The position numbers were made by a program, and so were the translations under genes. This document shows positions 1-10,133 of a stretch of DNA of 64,000 bases, piece after piece. The DNA is from Deltaproteobacteria bacterium (GTDB lineage: Bacteria > Myxococcota_A > Polyangia > Fen-1088). The stretch covers positions 288,001-352,000 of the forward strand of contig JANRKS010000009.1 in assembly GCA_033763315.1 (NCBI GenBank), in the 5' to 3' direction. The notes under the pieces were generated by a model. The model searched no databases. It had not been told where the DNA came from and worked only from the letters and a program-made list of their open reading frames with translations. Each line of letters begins with the position of its first letter. Within the stretch, counting starts at the first letter, position 1.

Positions 1-2490
1 AGGGCGGTACGCACCCGTGAGGCGGTTGCGTGGTTGCGGCGCGCCGAAATCAGACAACGCAGCCACAGCTTCTTGTCGCGTGTGTGTGGCAACTTCCGTG
101 TCAGCGGCGATCCGCGCAAGCACCTTGGCCGACGCCGGCGTGCCCGCACGAAAGTTGGCTTCCACGATGCGGCTCAAAATCACGTCGTCCTTGGGCAGCG
201 TGGGCAGCTCGCCTAACGCCGCCAACGCCCCGTTGGCATCTTCGATGGGGACGTCATTGATCGCGCGCGCCGCTTCTCGGGCCACGAGCACGTCCTTGTC
301 AGCAAGGAACGCGGCAACTTTCGGCGATTGCAAGCGTCGCAAAGCCAACGCCGCGCCCATGCGCGCAGGGGAAGAAGGGTTGCCCGCGAGCGCCGCCAAT
401 TCGTCTTCGGTCAATCCCGCTGCCAACGCCATCGTGCCTGCGTGTCGCAGGTAGGGATCTTGGTCGGCGTTCTTGCTCAACAAGGACAGCACCGGCTCTT
501 TGATGTTTTTCGCCTTCAGGCGAGCCAAGCTCTGGGCGGCAAAGAATTTCACGCGCGGGCTTGGGTCCGCAAGAGCGGTCACAAGGGCGTCAACGGATCC
601 GGGCGCCGGACTTTCGCCTAAAACCTTGGCGGCTTGTGCCCGCGTTTCGTTGTCGCCCGGGGTGGTGGGCCTGGCCTGCAACCGCGCCACCAAACTGGCT
701 TGAAGGGCGGCGGCCGTGACGCCCGTGCGCAGCTTTGTGCCGGGCGCCCCGCGGAGCAGTTGACCCAAGCCCCACACGCCGTGCAGCTGAGCCAACGGCG
801 GTTGCCCTGCTTGCGCGGCTGCGGCCAGCAGATCGTCACGCCCCAGGTTCGCCAAGGCAAATTGCGCTTCCATGCGCACGCGCACGTCAGCATGTGAGAG
901 CAAGCCCGCCAAGTTTTCCGGCGTGCGCTTGCTGTAATCACTCGCGATCAACGCCGAGACTTTCTCTCCCGCGGGAGCCGCCTCGGGCGTGAGATCGGTG
1001 AGCCGATGGATGCGGCCTTTGCCCAAGCCATCCCAACCCGAGATCCAGTCTGCAACATAAAGCGCGCCGTCGGGTCCGAAGTCCACGTCGGTGGCCAACA
1101 CGCCCCACATCAGTTTGCTCGGTGACACAAGCGTGAAGCCCGCGCCTTTCTCAGCCGTGGCAAACGCGTGAATGCCGCTGCTGTTGGCCTGCCCGCGGAA
1201 ATCGGCCAAGAAGAAATGTTGGTGCAAGTCTTTGAGGTGGCCGCTGCCCGGATGGTAGGTCAAACCCGAGGGACCGTTTGAGATGTTCTCGATGGGTGCA
1301 AGCAAGTAGGCGGCTTGCCCTTTCCATTGTGGGTACCAAAGCTTCTCAGTGTTCCATGGCCCGCGTGGTGTCGGTTCCGCGATCGCTTGGTATCCCACGC
1401 GCCAACCCGAATCGCCGCCTTCCACCAGGTAAACAAAGCGCGCCTTGTCGCCGCCGTCCGAATTGTTGTCCCCCGTGAACAGATTGCCGTGATCATCGAA
1501 GGCCAGCTCTTGCGGGTTACGTAGGCCTTCGGCGTAAAGTTCCAAACGGCTGCCATCAAGCTCTGACCGAAACACGCCGCCTCTATCAGGAATGGAGATC
1601 AGCTTGCCTTCGCGTGTGTGCACCGTGGCGCCACGATCGCCGATGGTCCAATACAGGCGGCCATCGGGCCCCACGCGCAGCCCGTGCATATCGTGCCCAA
1701 AGAAGGCGAAACGCACCCCGTATCCGGTGGACGTCTCTTCACGAGTGTCGGCGGCGCCGTCATTGTTTTTATCGGTCAACTTCCACAAGCTGGGAATGTT
1801 GGTGGCCCAAACTTCGCCGTGTCGAGCCAAAAGGCCCGCCAAAAGACCATCCACAGCCCGGTTGAAGCCGCCCGCAAAAATCGTGGATTGATCGGCGATG
1901 CCGTCGCCATCGGTGTCAACAACTTGCTTGATGATGTCTGACTCCTTGGTGAAGCGATCCATGTCGCCCACGAAGTAGGTGCGCATCATCAGTTCGCGAT
2001 CGGCCACGGTGCGCGACGCGAGCTCAACGTTCAACATTTCATCAGCAAACCCAGCAATGCGTTCTTTGCTCACCGATTGTCGAAAAGCGGCCGAAGGCCA
2101 TTTTTCGCGACCGCGGTTGTCCAGAACAGCCACGTGCGTGCGGAAGGCTTCGGCCACATACATGCGGCCTTGCTCATCAAACGCAAACGCCACCGGGTTC
2201 CTGAGCAGCGGTTCGGCCGCCCACAAGTTCGCGCGCACCGTCTTGGGCAGAACGAATTGTTTGGCGGCAAGCTCCGCCTCCTGGCGCGCTTCGGGCGAAG
2301 GCTTAATGACTTCAGGCGGGGGCGCAAAGGCTGCTTTGGACGCGGGCTTCGGCGCGGTTGCCGGCTTTGCTGCAGGGGCTGCGAAGGCCGCGGCACAAAC
2401 CATCGAAGGTATGACCACAAAGGTCATGGCCCACAGGGCGTGGCGCGTTTTTACAGAGGATGTCGAGGTCGCTGCTGAGTGAAAGGACAT
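1..2490 (-). CDS. PVC-type membrane-bound dehydrogenase / heme-binding beta-propeller protein with HEAT-like repeats (3' end runs off window)
   Basis: Manual translation from ATG at 2490 (absent from the ORF track, which fits a frame with no stop in the window): signal-like N-terminus, NLWAAEPLLRNPVAFAFDEQGRMYVAE, VDTDGDGIAD, GHDMHGLRVGPDGRLYWTIGDRG, GLRNPQELAFDDHGNLFTGDNNSDGGD, then Ala/Leu-rich helical repeats. Confidence 0.85.
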   Translation of the reverse strand, partial: MSFHSAATSTSSVKTRHALWAMTFVVIPSMVCAAAFAAPAAKPATAPKPASKAAFAPPPEVIKPSPEARQEAELAAKQFVLPKTVRANLWAAEPLLRNPVAFAFDEQGRMYVAEAFRTHVAVLDNRGREKWPSAAFRQSVSKERIAGFADEMLNVELASRTVADRELMMRTYFVGDMDRFTKESDIIKQVVDTDGDGIADQSTIFAGGFNRAVDGLLAGLLARHGEVWATNIPSLWKLTDKNNDGAADTREETSTGYGVRFAFFGHDMHGLRVGPDGRLYWTIGDRGATVHTREGKLISIPDRGGVFRSELDGSRLELYAEGLRNPQELAFDDHGNLFTGDNNSDGGDKARFVYLVEGGDSGWRVGYQAIAEPTPRGPWNTEKLWYPQWKGQAAYLLAPIENISNGPSGLTYHPGSGHLKDLHQHFFLADFRGQANSSGIHAFATAEKGAGFTLVSPSKLMWGVLATDVDFGPDGALYVADWISGWDGLGKGRIHRLTDLTPEAAPAGEKVSALIASDYSKRTPENLAGLLSHADVRVRMEAQFALANLGRDDLLAAAAQAGQPPLAQLHGVWGLGQLLRGAPGTKLRTGVTAAALQASLVARLQARPTTPGDNETRAQAAKVLGESPAPGSVDALVTALADPSPRVKFFAAQSLARLKAKNIKEPVLSLLSKNADQDPYLRHAGTMALAAGLTEDELAALAGNPSSPARMGAALALRRLQSPKVAAFLADKDVLVAREAARAINDVPIEDANGALAALGELPTLPKDDVILSRIVEANFRAGTPASAKVLARIAADTEVATHTRQEAVAALSDFGAPQPRNRLTGAYRP

Positions 2491-2587
2491 ATCCGCCGGT
2501 AAACTTAGTCGCTTCGTTGCCGGATCGGAAGTGTCTTGGGGGCAAGGACGTCGCCATGCCCCACCTTACGTGACCGTTCGCACGTGT

Positions 2588-4402
2588 TCACAGCACGGGA
2601 GGCAGCTGAAATGCTTCCCAGGCCGGGGTTGTGTTCAATGTGTCTGTGGGCTGGTTCCACAGATAGATCGCCGGGAAAGTTTTGAGGCCATCCTCTGTTT
2701 CCACCACCGCCGTGATGTAAAGCTGTGACACTTGCACCAAGCTGCCGGACGGCATGGCGGGGTTGGTGTACTTGCTTGGCACCGGAGCGATGTCTGCGCG
2801 GTTCGAGGAGAAGATGAGCCAATACACCGAGCCCGCGCCCGCGCCTTGCACCGAAGGCGACCAACGCGCCCAATGGTTGTTTACGCCAGGGCTTCTCTTG
2901 TTGGCGCAAGCGGGCGGATCGTTGGCAGCCAAACGAACGGATTGACCGAACTTGGTGGAGACAACGAACAACTCCGCGTTGGGGTTCGCGTACATTTTTT
3001 CGCCGGCCGGCACGCGGTTGTAGGCGATCAATTTGTCGTCAGGCGACCAGGCTGGGTAGTATTCCTCGAACTTAGGATCGGAAGCGCCCGCCACAGGTGT
3101 GGCCATGCCGCCCATTCGGTCGTTGTAGGGCACCACATACAAATCCGTCGCGCCTTTTTCTAAGCGACCGTCGAGGTTGCCTCCGTTGGTGGATGCGTAA
3201 GCGATGCGCGTTCCGTCGCGGCTCCAGTCGGGCGAAGCGGCGCCGTTCGTGTCGCCCATGCGTGGGATCACACCAAATTGCACGCCTCTCACGGTGAATT
3301 TCGGATCCATGGGCGCTGGCGCTTCCAGGTTGTACCAAACCAGTTCCGCCTTCTTTTGGTTGTCGGTGCTCCAAGGCACCATGGGATCTTGCAAGGCAGA
3401 CGAGACAACCATCACACGATCACCGGTTGCCCAGTGCTTGCCACTAAAGGTCATCATGCCGCCCCACGGGCGGTTCATGGCGGATAGCCCACCGCCCGAC
3501 ATTTCAGGCAATTGGTTGCCCGTGATGCCGGGCTTTACGCCCGCGATCACAGAGTTCCACGGCCAGTGATCGGTGAAGGCAACGTATTGGCCATCAGGCG
3601 TGGCGACGTGGCAGCCAATGCATCGCACGGTGCGTGGGTTGCCGCTTTGCTCGCGGCTCGGTTGTTTGATCTCGGGAATCTTCAGCGTCGAGACGGTGGA
3701 TTCATCGCCCACCGCAAAGCCGCGCAGCTCTGAATCGTTAACGGCGGTCAGATCTTCGGGCTTCTTGCCCACCTCGGCCGGCTTGGCGGCCCAAAACACC
3801 ATCGCGCCCGCCGCATCGACGGTGGCAATCTGAAACTTTGACTTGGAGGTGCCGCCGCTTGCCAGGCGCACCGATACCGTCACTGTGGCGCCGGGGCTGT
3901 GCGCAGCCAAGCTTTGCCACACCGCTTTCGGCATCGCCCACTGGCTGTTCTTTGTGTAAACGACCAGCTCGTTCTTTTGTTTGGGCGCGCTGAAGCGCAA
4001 TTGCACGGGCCCTGTGGCGCCCGTCCAGCGCACGCGTGGGCGCAGCCAGTTGTGCGGAAACAGCGAGCCGTCTTCGGGCTCCATGATGCAGGGGCCGCCG
4101 CCGTCACTGCCCGGGTCTTTGAACATGGCCTCCGTACCCTCGGCGCCGGTATCCACGATGGGCGCGGCGGGGAAGTCTTCGCACATGTCGTTTGCGCAGG
4201 GCAGGGGCGTCAGATCGCCGTTTTGCCCGCCGAAGTTCGCAAAGCCACCACCAGAGCCGCCTGTACGGCTGGCGCCGCTGCCGCCGGCGCCCGGGGTGCC
4301 GTCCACATCCGCCTGGGCACAACCCGCCAGGGCGGCCAGCGTCAGCCAGAAGAAAGGGGAAAAAGAGGTGCGTTTTGGGTCGCGGCGCATGCAATAAGCC
4401 AA
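2588..4402 (-). CDS. Myxobacterial lipoprotein with TolB/PD40-like beta-propeller and one CxxCH motif
   Basis: Lipobox LAALAGC, Gly-rich linker, PD40-like motifs (SPDWSRDGTRIAYAS, YPAWSPDDKLIAYNR), CIGCH; start may be ATG 4390. Confidence 0.75.
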   Translation of the reverse strand: MAYCMRRDPKRTSFSPFFWLTLAALAGCAQADVDGTPGAGGSGASRTGGSGGGFANFGGQNGDLTPLPCANDMCEDFPAAPIVDTGAEGTEAMFKDPGSDGGGPCIMEPEDGSLFPHNWLRPRVRWTGATGPVQLRFSAPKQKNELVVYTKNSQWAMPKAVWQSLAAHSPGATVTVSVRLASGGTSKSKFQIATVDAAGAMVFWAAKPAEVGKKPEDLTAVNDSELRGFAVGDESTVSTLKIPEIKQPSREQSGNPRTVRCIGCHVATPDGQYVAFTDHWPWNSVIAGVKPGITGNQLPEMSGGGLSAMNRPWGGMMTFSGKHWATGDRVMVVSSALQDPMVPWSTDNQKKAELVWYNLEAPAPMDPKFTVRGVQFGVIPRMGDTNGAASPDWSRDGTRIAYASTNGGNLDGRLEKGATDLYVVPYNDRMGGMATPVAGASDPKFEEYYPAWSPDDKLIAYNRVPAGEKMYANPNAELFVVSTKFGQSVRLAANDPPACANKRSPGVNNHWARWSPSVQGAGAGSVYWLIFSSNRADIAPVPSKYTNPAMPSGSLVQVSQLYITAVVETEDGLKTFPAIYLWNQPTDTLNTTPAWEAFQLPPVL

Positions 4403-4420
4403 GGTGAGGTCTCCCTTAGG

Positions 4421-4448
4421 AACAACGGTCCTAACCGTTAACGTTTGC
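4421..4448 (-). promoter_or_regulatory. Possible ECF-sigma promoter GCAAAC-N16-GTTGTT
   Basis: Same spacing and AAC...CC-GxTGTT core as the two motifs at 57760 and 61428; lies just upstream of the lipoprotein gene. Confidence 0.35.
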
Positions 4449-4556
4449 CCGCCCGTAACTGGGAAAGCCGCTCGGCATATCTGGGGCGCGCGCGTTGCGG
4501 ACCCCGGCTGATTTCGCTAGGTAAGCGCCCTCCCTTTCCCTAAATTCGGCCCCGAC

Positions 4557-5885
4557 ATGCTTGAACGATACTCACGCCCCGTTTTGCGCGACATCTGGTC
4601 TGACCTCAAACGCTACAACATCTGGTTGGAGGTGGAGCTTTCGGCTTGCCAAGCCATGGAGGAAGCGGGTTTGGTCCCTGTGGGTACCGCCAAAGAGGTG
4701 CGCAGCCGCGCTGCCGGCAAGCTGAGCCCGGCCGCGATCTTGGAGCACGAGGCGCGCACCAAACACGACGTCATCGCATTCTTGTCGCACGTGGAAGAAG
4801 TGGCGGGCGAGCCCGCGCGTTGGCTGCACCTGGGGATGACGAGTTCGGATGTGTTGGACGCGGCCTTGGCCGTGCAACTCAAAGAAGCGGGCACGGAGAT
4901 CGTGGCCGGCATCGATGAGCTGCGCGCCGCCTGCCGCGCCAAGGCCGAGGCCAACCGTAAGACCCCGATGATTGGTCGCTCCCACGGCATCCACGCCGAG
5001 CCGATCACGGCTGGTTTGGTGTTCGCGGGCTTTTACGCCGAACTCGGCCGCGCCCGCCAAGAGCTGGTGCGCGCCGTGGCCGAAGTGGCCGTGGGCAAAA
5101 TCGCGGGCGCGGTGGGCACCTACGCAAATCTCACCCCCGCCATCGAAGCGCAAGCGCTGGGGCGGCTGGGTCTGACGCCTGAAACGGTGCCCACGCAGAT
5201 CGTGGCGCGCGATAGGCATGCGGCGTTTTTCTCGGCGCTCTCACGTTTGGGCACGGCGGTTGAGCGCATCGCGATCACGGTTCGCCACTGGCAGCGCACG
5301 GAAGTGGGCGAGGCACTTGAGGCGTTCGGCAAGGGCCAAAAAGGCTCATCCGCGATGCCACACAAGAAGAACCCCATCTTGTCTGAAAATCTATGCGGCC
5401 TTGCCCGCATGCTGCGCAGCTATGAGCAAGCCGCGCGCGAGAACGTGGCTTTGTGGCACGAACGCGACATCTCGCATTCCTCGGTTGAACGCATGATCGG
5501 CCCCGACGCCACCACGCTGGCTGATTTCATGGTGAGGCGGGCGGCCTCGCTGGTGCAGGGCTTGGTCCTCAACCCCGAGCGCATGCTGCAGAACTTGAAC
5601 CTCACGGGTGGCCTCTATTTCAGCGAGGCCGTGATGTTGCAGCTTGTGCGTAAGGGCATGGCGCGCCAGGCGGCGTATGAACTTGTGCAGCGCAACGCCT
5701 TGATTGTGGCCGCGCGCATTGGCCTGCCGCACGCGCAAGGGCCATCGTTTCAAGACCTGCTGACACAAGATCCCGACATCTCGGCACGCCTGACCGCCGC
5801 TGAGATTGCACAAGCCTTCGATCTTAATCACCACTTGCGGCACGCTGACACCATCATCGATCGCGCCTTGTCAGACGCGTCTTAA
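4557..5885 (+). CDS. purB: Adenylosuccinate lyase
   Basis: MLERYSRP start, [26 protein letters not shown], signature [15 protein letters not shown]. Confidence 0.97.
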   Translation: MLERYSRPVLRDIWSDLKRYNIWLEVELSACQAMEEAGLVPVGTAKEVRSRAAGKLSPAAILEHEARTKHDVIAFLSHVEEVAGEPARWLHLGMTSSDVLDAALAVQLKEAGTEIVAGIDELRAACRAKAEANRKTPMIGRSHGIHAEPITAGLVFAGFYAELGRARQELVRAVAEVAVGKIAGAVGTYANLTPAIEAQALGRLGLTPETVPTQIVARDRHAAFFSALSRLGTAVERIAITVRHWQRTEVGEALEAFGKGQKGSSAMPHKKNPILSENLCGLARMLRSYEQAARENVALWHERDISHSSVERMIGPDATTLADFMVRRAASLVQGLVLNPERMLQNLNLTGGLYFSEAVMLQLVRKGMARQAAYELVQRNALIVAARIGLPHAQGPSFQDLLTQDPDISARLTAAEIAQAFDLNHHLRHADTIIDRALSDAS

Positions 5886-5897
5886 AAGGGCACCGCC

Positions 5898-6857
5898 ATG
5901 ATCGACGTTCCAACCATCGAGAAGCAGCTCACGAAGACTCTGCAGGGCACGGACTTCACAGAGCTGGGCGCGAAGTACGACGGTAAGGTGCGCGACTGTT
6001 ACATCAAAGACGGCAAGCGCATCATCGTTGTCAGTGATCGCATCAGCGCCTTCGATGTGGTGTTGGGCACGATTCCTTTTAAGGGCCAAGTGCTCAACGC
6101 GATGGCGCGGCACTGGTTCGAGCTGACGAAAGATCTGGTTCCCAACCACGTGTTGGCGGTGCCTGATCCGAACGTCATGGTGGCCAAGGAATGCGAGCTG
6201 CTGCAGGTCGAATTCGTGATGCGTGCGTATCTGACGGGTTCGACGAAAACGTCGATCTGGTACCACTACCAAAATGGCGCTCGGGAATTTTGTGGGCACA
6301 AGTTGCCTGAGGGCATGCGCAAGAACCAACCGCTGGCCAAGCCGTTGTTGACGCCTTCCACCAAGGCGGAGAAGGGCGGTCACGATGAGTCCGTGTCGCG
6401 CGACGAGCTGATCCGCCGGGGCGCGATCAGTGCCAAAGACTTCGACGCCGCAGCTGCCATGTGCGAAAAACTGTTTGCCTTCGGCCAAGCCGAGGCGGCA
6501 CGGCGCGGTTTGATCTTGGTTGATACAAAGTATGAAATCGGCCGCCTTCCCGATGGCAGCTTGTGCTTCATTGATGAGATCCACACACCCGATAGCTCGC
6601 GCTATTGGTTCGCAGATGACTTTCAAACGCGTTTCGATGTGGGGCAAGAGCCGCGCGGCCTCGATAAGGACTACGTGCGCAACAGCTTCGTGGCGAAGGG
6701 CTACCGCGGTGATGGCGCGCCACCCCCGTTGACCGACGACGTGCGGGTGGAAGCCGCCCGCCGCTACATCGCGTTGGCGGAGCTCATCACGGGCAAAACG
6801 TTTGAGCCAAATGTAGAAGAGCCCATCGCCCGCATTCGCCGCAACTTGGGTCTTTAA
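5898..6857 (+). CDS. purC: SAICAR synthase
   Basis: [52 protein letters not shown]. Confidence 0.96.
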   Translation: MIDVPTIEKQLTKTLQGTDFTELGAKYDGKVRDCYIKDGKRIIVVSDRISAFDVVLGTIPFKGQVLNAMARHWFELTKDLVPNHVLAVPDPNVMVAKECELLQVEFVMRAYLTGSTKTSIWYHYQNGAREFCGHKLPEGMRKNQPLAKPLLTPSTKAEKGGHDESVSRDELIRRGAISAKDFDAAAAMCEKLFAFGQAEAARRGLILVDTKYEIGRLPDGSLCFIDEIHTPDSSRYWFADDFQTRFDVGQEPRGLDKDYVRNSFVAKGYRGDGAPPPLTDDVRVEAARRYIALAELITGKTFEPNVEEPIARIRRNLGL

Positions 6858-6861
6858 AAGC

Positions 6862-7551
6862 ATGCGCCTCGCGGTCGTCGTGCCCGCGGGGCACAAAAGT
6901 GCCGAGCCCGAACCGTGGTCGTCGTTGGGTGCAACGAGCGTGCTCGTGGTTCATGAACAAATGCCCGCGCCTCTTGATGACATCGACGTGGTGGTGGTGC
7001 TGGACCATTTGCCCCACACGTTGGTGCCCGTGCTTGGCGCCTTCGTCAAGCGCGGCGGCCCCGTGTTGGGGATGGGCCCGGGCGTGCACGCCTTATGTAG
7101 CGCGGGGTTTTTGCCTGGGCGCCTGCGCGAGCCGGCGAACGACGTTCGTGCGCAAAGGCTTGCGTGCTGCGTGCGCACCGAAGGCCGCAGCACGCCGTTT
7201 TCGGCCGGCATTCCGGCAGGCCGCGTCTTGCAGGCGGCGTGGAGCTCAGCGCTTGTTTACGCCTGCGAATCGCCCATCGATCTCGAAGCCGGCGGCCAAG
7301 TGGTGTTCAGGCACTGCGATCCCTGGGGAGGGGTGGGGGACAAGCACAATCCCTTTGCCGCCACCGGCGCGATCGCGGGCATCAGCAACCGTGAGGGTCA
7401 CGTGGTGGGGGTGACCTGCCCGCTCGATTTCGAAACGCCGCCGTCGCCGTTGGTTGTGCAGATGTTTGCCTCAGCGGCGCTTTGGGTGGCACAAAAGCAG
7501 AGGGCCGGTGAGCCTTCTATGACCAAACCAAGCAAAGCGCGCAAAGGGTAG
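6862..7551 (+). CDS. purQ: PurQ-like (FGAM synthase glutaminase subunit) homolog lacking catalytic residues
   Basis: PurQ scaffold (GGPVLG..G...L..AG.LPG.L, GQVVFR, NP...IAGISN.EG.V.G) in a pur operon, but GICNG is GMGPG and MMPHPER is VTCPLDF. Confidence 0.7.
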   Translation: MRLAVVVPAGHKSAEPEPWSSLGATSVLVVHEQMPAPLDDIDVVVVLDHLPHTLVPVLGAFVKRGGPVLGMGPGVHALCSAGFLPGRLREPANDVRAQRLACCVRTEGRSTPFSAGIPAGRVLQAAWSSALVYACESPIDLEAGGQVVFRHCDPWGGVGDKHNPFAATGAIAGISNREGHVVGVTCPLDFETPPSPLVVQMFASAALWVAQKQRAGEPSMTKPSKARKG

Positions 7552-7561
7552 CCCCAAACCC

Positions 7562-9184
7562 ATGGCCAAAAGCACGTTGCGGGCATCAATGGGTGTCAGC
7601 GTCGCGGTGATGTCCTCGCGCGTGTTGGGCGTTGTGCGCGAATCTGTGTTTGCGGCGATGTTTGGCGCAGGAAAAGTCAGCGACGCGTACCTCGTTGCTT
7701 TTCGCATACCGAACCTGTTGCGCGACTTGTTTGCGGAAGGTGCGTTATCAAGCGCGTTCGTGCCAACGTTCACCAAGACCTTGCAGGCCGAAGGTAAAGA
7801 TCGGGCCTTTGCGCTCGGTAACTTGGTGATGACCGCGCTTCTGCTCGTCACTGGATTGCTCACTCTGTTCGGCGTGATCTTCGCAGCGCCCTTGGTTGAG
7901 CTCATCTCAACCCTTGGCCGCAACGTTGACAAAGGCGCTCTTACGATACGTCTGACCCAGATCATGATGCCAGTGATGGCACTCATCAGCGTCAGCGCGG
8001 TTTGGATGGGGATGCTTAACGCTCAAAGCCGCTTCGTGGCGCCTGCGTTCGCGCCCGCTTTATTCAACGTGGTGTCGATCTGCGGCGGACTTGTGCTGAT
8101 GGGGTTGGGGCTGCCGCCCGAACGGGGTGTCGTTTGGTTTGCGTCCATCACGGTGCTCTCGGCAACCGCGCAGGCGTTTTGCCAGTGGCCTGCCCTATGG
8201 CGCACGGGCTTTCGCCCGCGGTTGAATCTGCGTGGGGTGTTCGCACATCCAGGCGTTCGAAGCATCGCGCGCATCATGGGACCAGCGGTACTCGGGCTGG
8301 CGGCGGTGCAGATCAACATCTTCATCAACACACGTTTTGCGCAGTCTTTGGGCGACGGACCACAAACCTACCTGAACAACGCCTTTCGTTTGTTCTACCT
8401 GCCCGTGGGTCTGTTTGGCGTCGCCTTGGCCACGGTTACCACCACGCGGGTTTCTGAAGAAGCCGCGCGTGGCGATCGAAAGGCCCTACTCGCAAAAACC
8501 ACCGAATCGCTCCGGGGCGTGTGGATGTTGGGCAGCGCCAGCACCATTGGTCTCGTCGTATTGGCGGAGCCCGTGGTCACGTTGCTGTATCAACGTGGCC
8601 GCTTCACCTATGACAACACGTTGGCCACAGCCATCACCACCCAAGCCTTTATCTTGGGCGTGCTGCCCTACAGCCTCATGAAAAACCTGGCTCCCGCGTT
8701 TTATGCAATCGACCGCCCGCGCGTTCCGATGGTGGCGTCCATGACGGCCGTGATTGCCAACCTCATCTTTAACGCCTTAACGTACAAGCGGCTCGGCGCG
8801 CCGGGCCTCGCGTTGGGCACCACGCTTAGCGCGACGATCAATTATCTGGTGCTGCGCGTGTGCTACGCGCGCCTGATCGGCTCCCTGCGCACGCCTGGCT
8901 GGTGGCGCTTGGCGGCAGGTCTCGTGGTCGCCAATGCGGCGTTGGCAGGATTGGCTTTCGCGTTCGAGCACGCCGGCCTCACCGCCGTGCGGAGCTTGGG
9001 CTTTGCGGTGGGCCCGGGCGGCAAAGGCTTCGCCGGCGCTTGCGTGCTGCTCGCCAGCATCAGCATCGCCTTCGTGGCGTACACGCAGGTTTTAAAGTGG
9101 TGCAAGTATCCGGGGGCCGCTGAGCTTGCCGATATGCCGCGCAAGTTAATCGGACGCCTCACGCGGCGACGCACACGGGCTTAG
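7562..9184 (+). CDS. murJ: Lipid II flippase MurJ (MviN)
   Basis: SRVLGVVRE, AFRIPNLLRDLFAEGALSSAFVP, many TM segments. Confidence 0.95.
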   Translation: MAKSTLRASMGVSVAVMSSRVLGVVRESVFAAMFGAGKVSDAYLVAFRIPNLLRDLFAEGALSSAFVPTFTKTLQAEGKDRAFALGNLVMTALLLVTGLLTLFGVIFAAPLVELISTLGRNVDKGALTIRLTQIMMPVMALISVSAVWMGMLNAQSRFVAPAFAPALFNVVSICGGLVLMGLGLPPERGVVWFASITVLSATAQAFCQWPALWRTGFRPRLNLRGVFAHPGVRSIARIMGPAVLGLAAVQINIFINTRFAQSLGDGPQTYLNNAFRLFYLPVGLFGVALATVTTTRVSEEAARGDRKALLAKTTESLRGVWMLGSASTIGLVVLAEPVVTLLYQRGRFTYDNTLATAITTQAFILGVLPYSLMKNLAPAFYAIDRPRVPMVASMTAVIANLIFNALTYKRLGAPGLALGTTLSATINYLVLRVCYARLIGSLRTPGWWRLAAGLVVANAALAGLAFAFEHAGLTAVRSLGFAVGPGGKGFAGACVLLASISIAFVAYTQVLKWCKYPGAAELADMPRKLIGRLTRRRTRA

Positions 9185-10029
9185 CGCACGTCGTTCGACT
9201 GCCGGGCGTTCTCTAGATCCGGGAACACGTAGATCAATCGCCCGGCCTCGGTCACGTGCACGTCCACGTGCCGGCCGTCCACCAAGCTATCCAAAAGGTG
9301 CTCGGCGTCTTTTATGTCCATGTTCAACGAGGCGGCCACGTCTGCCACACTGAGCCTGCCTTCCCGCTGCCGGGCCAGTTGCAGAATTCGTTGGCGCTGC
9401 TGTTTTTCTTCAACTTCGCGCGCGGCCTCTTTCAAGCTGCCCGCGCGTCGCAGGGCCGTGACAGCTCCGGTGATCAGCAAAGCGCCCGGGGTGGCCACGA
9501 CCGCCGTGGCAGCCAAGCCGGCGTCGCCCATCATCGCCGCAATTGTGCCCATCGAGAACGGTATCGACATGACGCCCAAACCGATGCCGCGCGCGCGTGC
9601 TTTGCGGCTGCGCCGTTCCATCTCCACCGCGGCTGGCTGTTGCGGCATCAACGCCAATGATCCGCCGGTCAGCGGCATCACGGGCATCGCCGGAAGCAGT
9701 GCCATGCCTTGGCTGCCCATCGGCAACAGCGCCCGCGGTGCCGTGTCAGGCAGCAACTTCTTGCAGCTGGTGCAGATCAAGCGGTCGCGGCGCACAAAGA
9801 AAAATAGGATCGGCAACACGAAGTTGATCGGCAGCAAAGCCACCAGCTTTGCCACGTTCATCCCGCGTGAAAAATACTTCTGTGGCGGCAGCGTTTGGCC
9901 ACAGCGATAGCAGCTGAACGCCAACACTTTGGGCACCTGATCCGAAAGCGTGACCCGGATCTTGCCCCCGCAGCCCGAACAGAACCGCGCTCCTTCGGAA
10001 ACCTCCGCCGCACACTGAGGGCAACGCAT
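9181..10029 (-). CDS. Zinc-ribbon membrane protein with C-terminal winged-helix-like domain
   Basis: CPQC..FCSGCG ribbon; CYRC/CTSC pair flanking a hydrophobic hairpin; two TM segments; GRLSVADVAASLNM...IYVFPDL tail. Confidence 0.65.
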   Translation of the reverse strand: MRCPQCAAEVSEGARFCSGCGGKIRVTLSDQVPKVLAFSCYRCGQTLPPQKYFSRGMNVAKLVALLPINFVLPILFFFVRRDRLICTSCKKLLPDTAPRALLPMGSQGMALLPAMPVMPLTGGSLALMPQQPAAVEMERRSRKARARGIGLGVMSIPFSMGTIAAMMGDAGLAATAVVATPGALLITGAVTALRRAGSLKEAAREVEEKQQRQRILQLARQREGRLSVADVAASLNMDIKDAEHLLDSLVDGRHVDVHVTEAGRLIYVFPDLENARQSNDVR

Positions 10030-10076
10030 GAGTGGTGATCATAACAGGGAACCCAGGCGGGCCGCACCCGCGCCCC

Positions 10077-10112
10077 AAAAAACGAAGCCCCCGGACCTGG
10101 TGGTGCGGGGGC
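10077..10112 (-). terminator. Intrinsic terminator after the vWA lipoprotein gene
   Basis: Hairpin gcccccggacc-tggt-ggtgcgggggc followed shortly by T6 on the minus strand. Confidence 0.65.
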
Positions 10113-10133
10113 CTTGTTCAGCGTATGTGGTGT

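Noticed and set aside
17-2482. Many short ORFs suggesting a fragmented or non-coding region
   Set aside because: Explained by one minus-strand gene from 2490 running off the window edge
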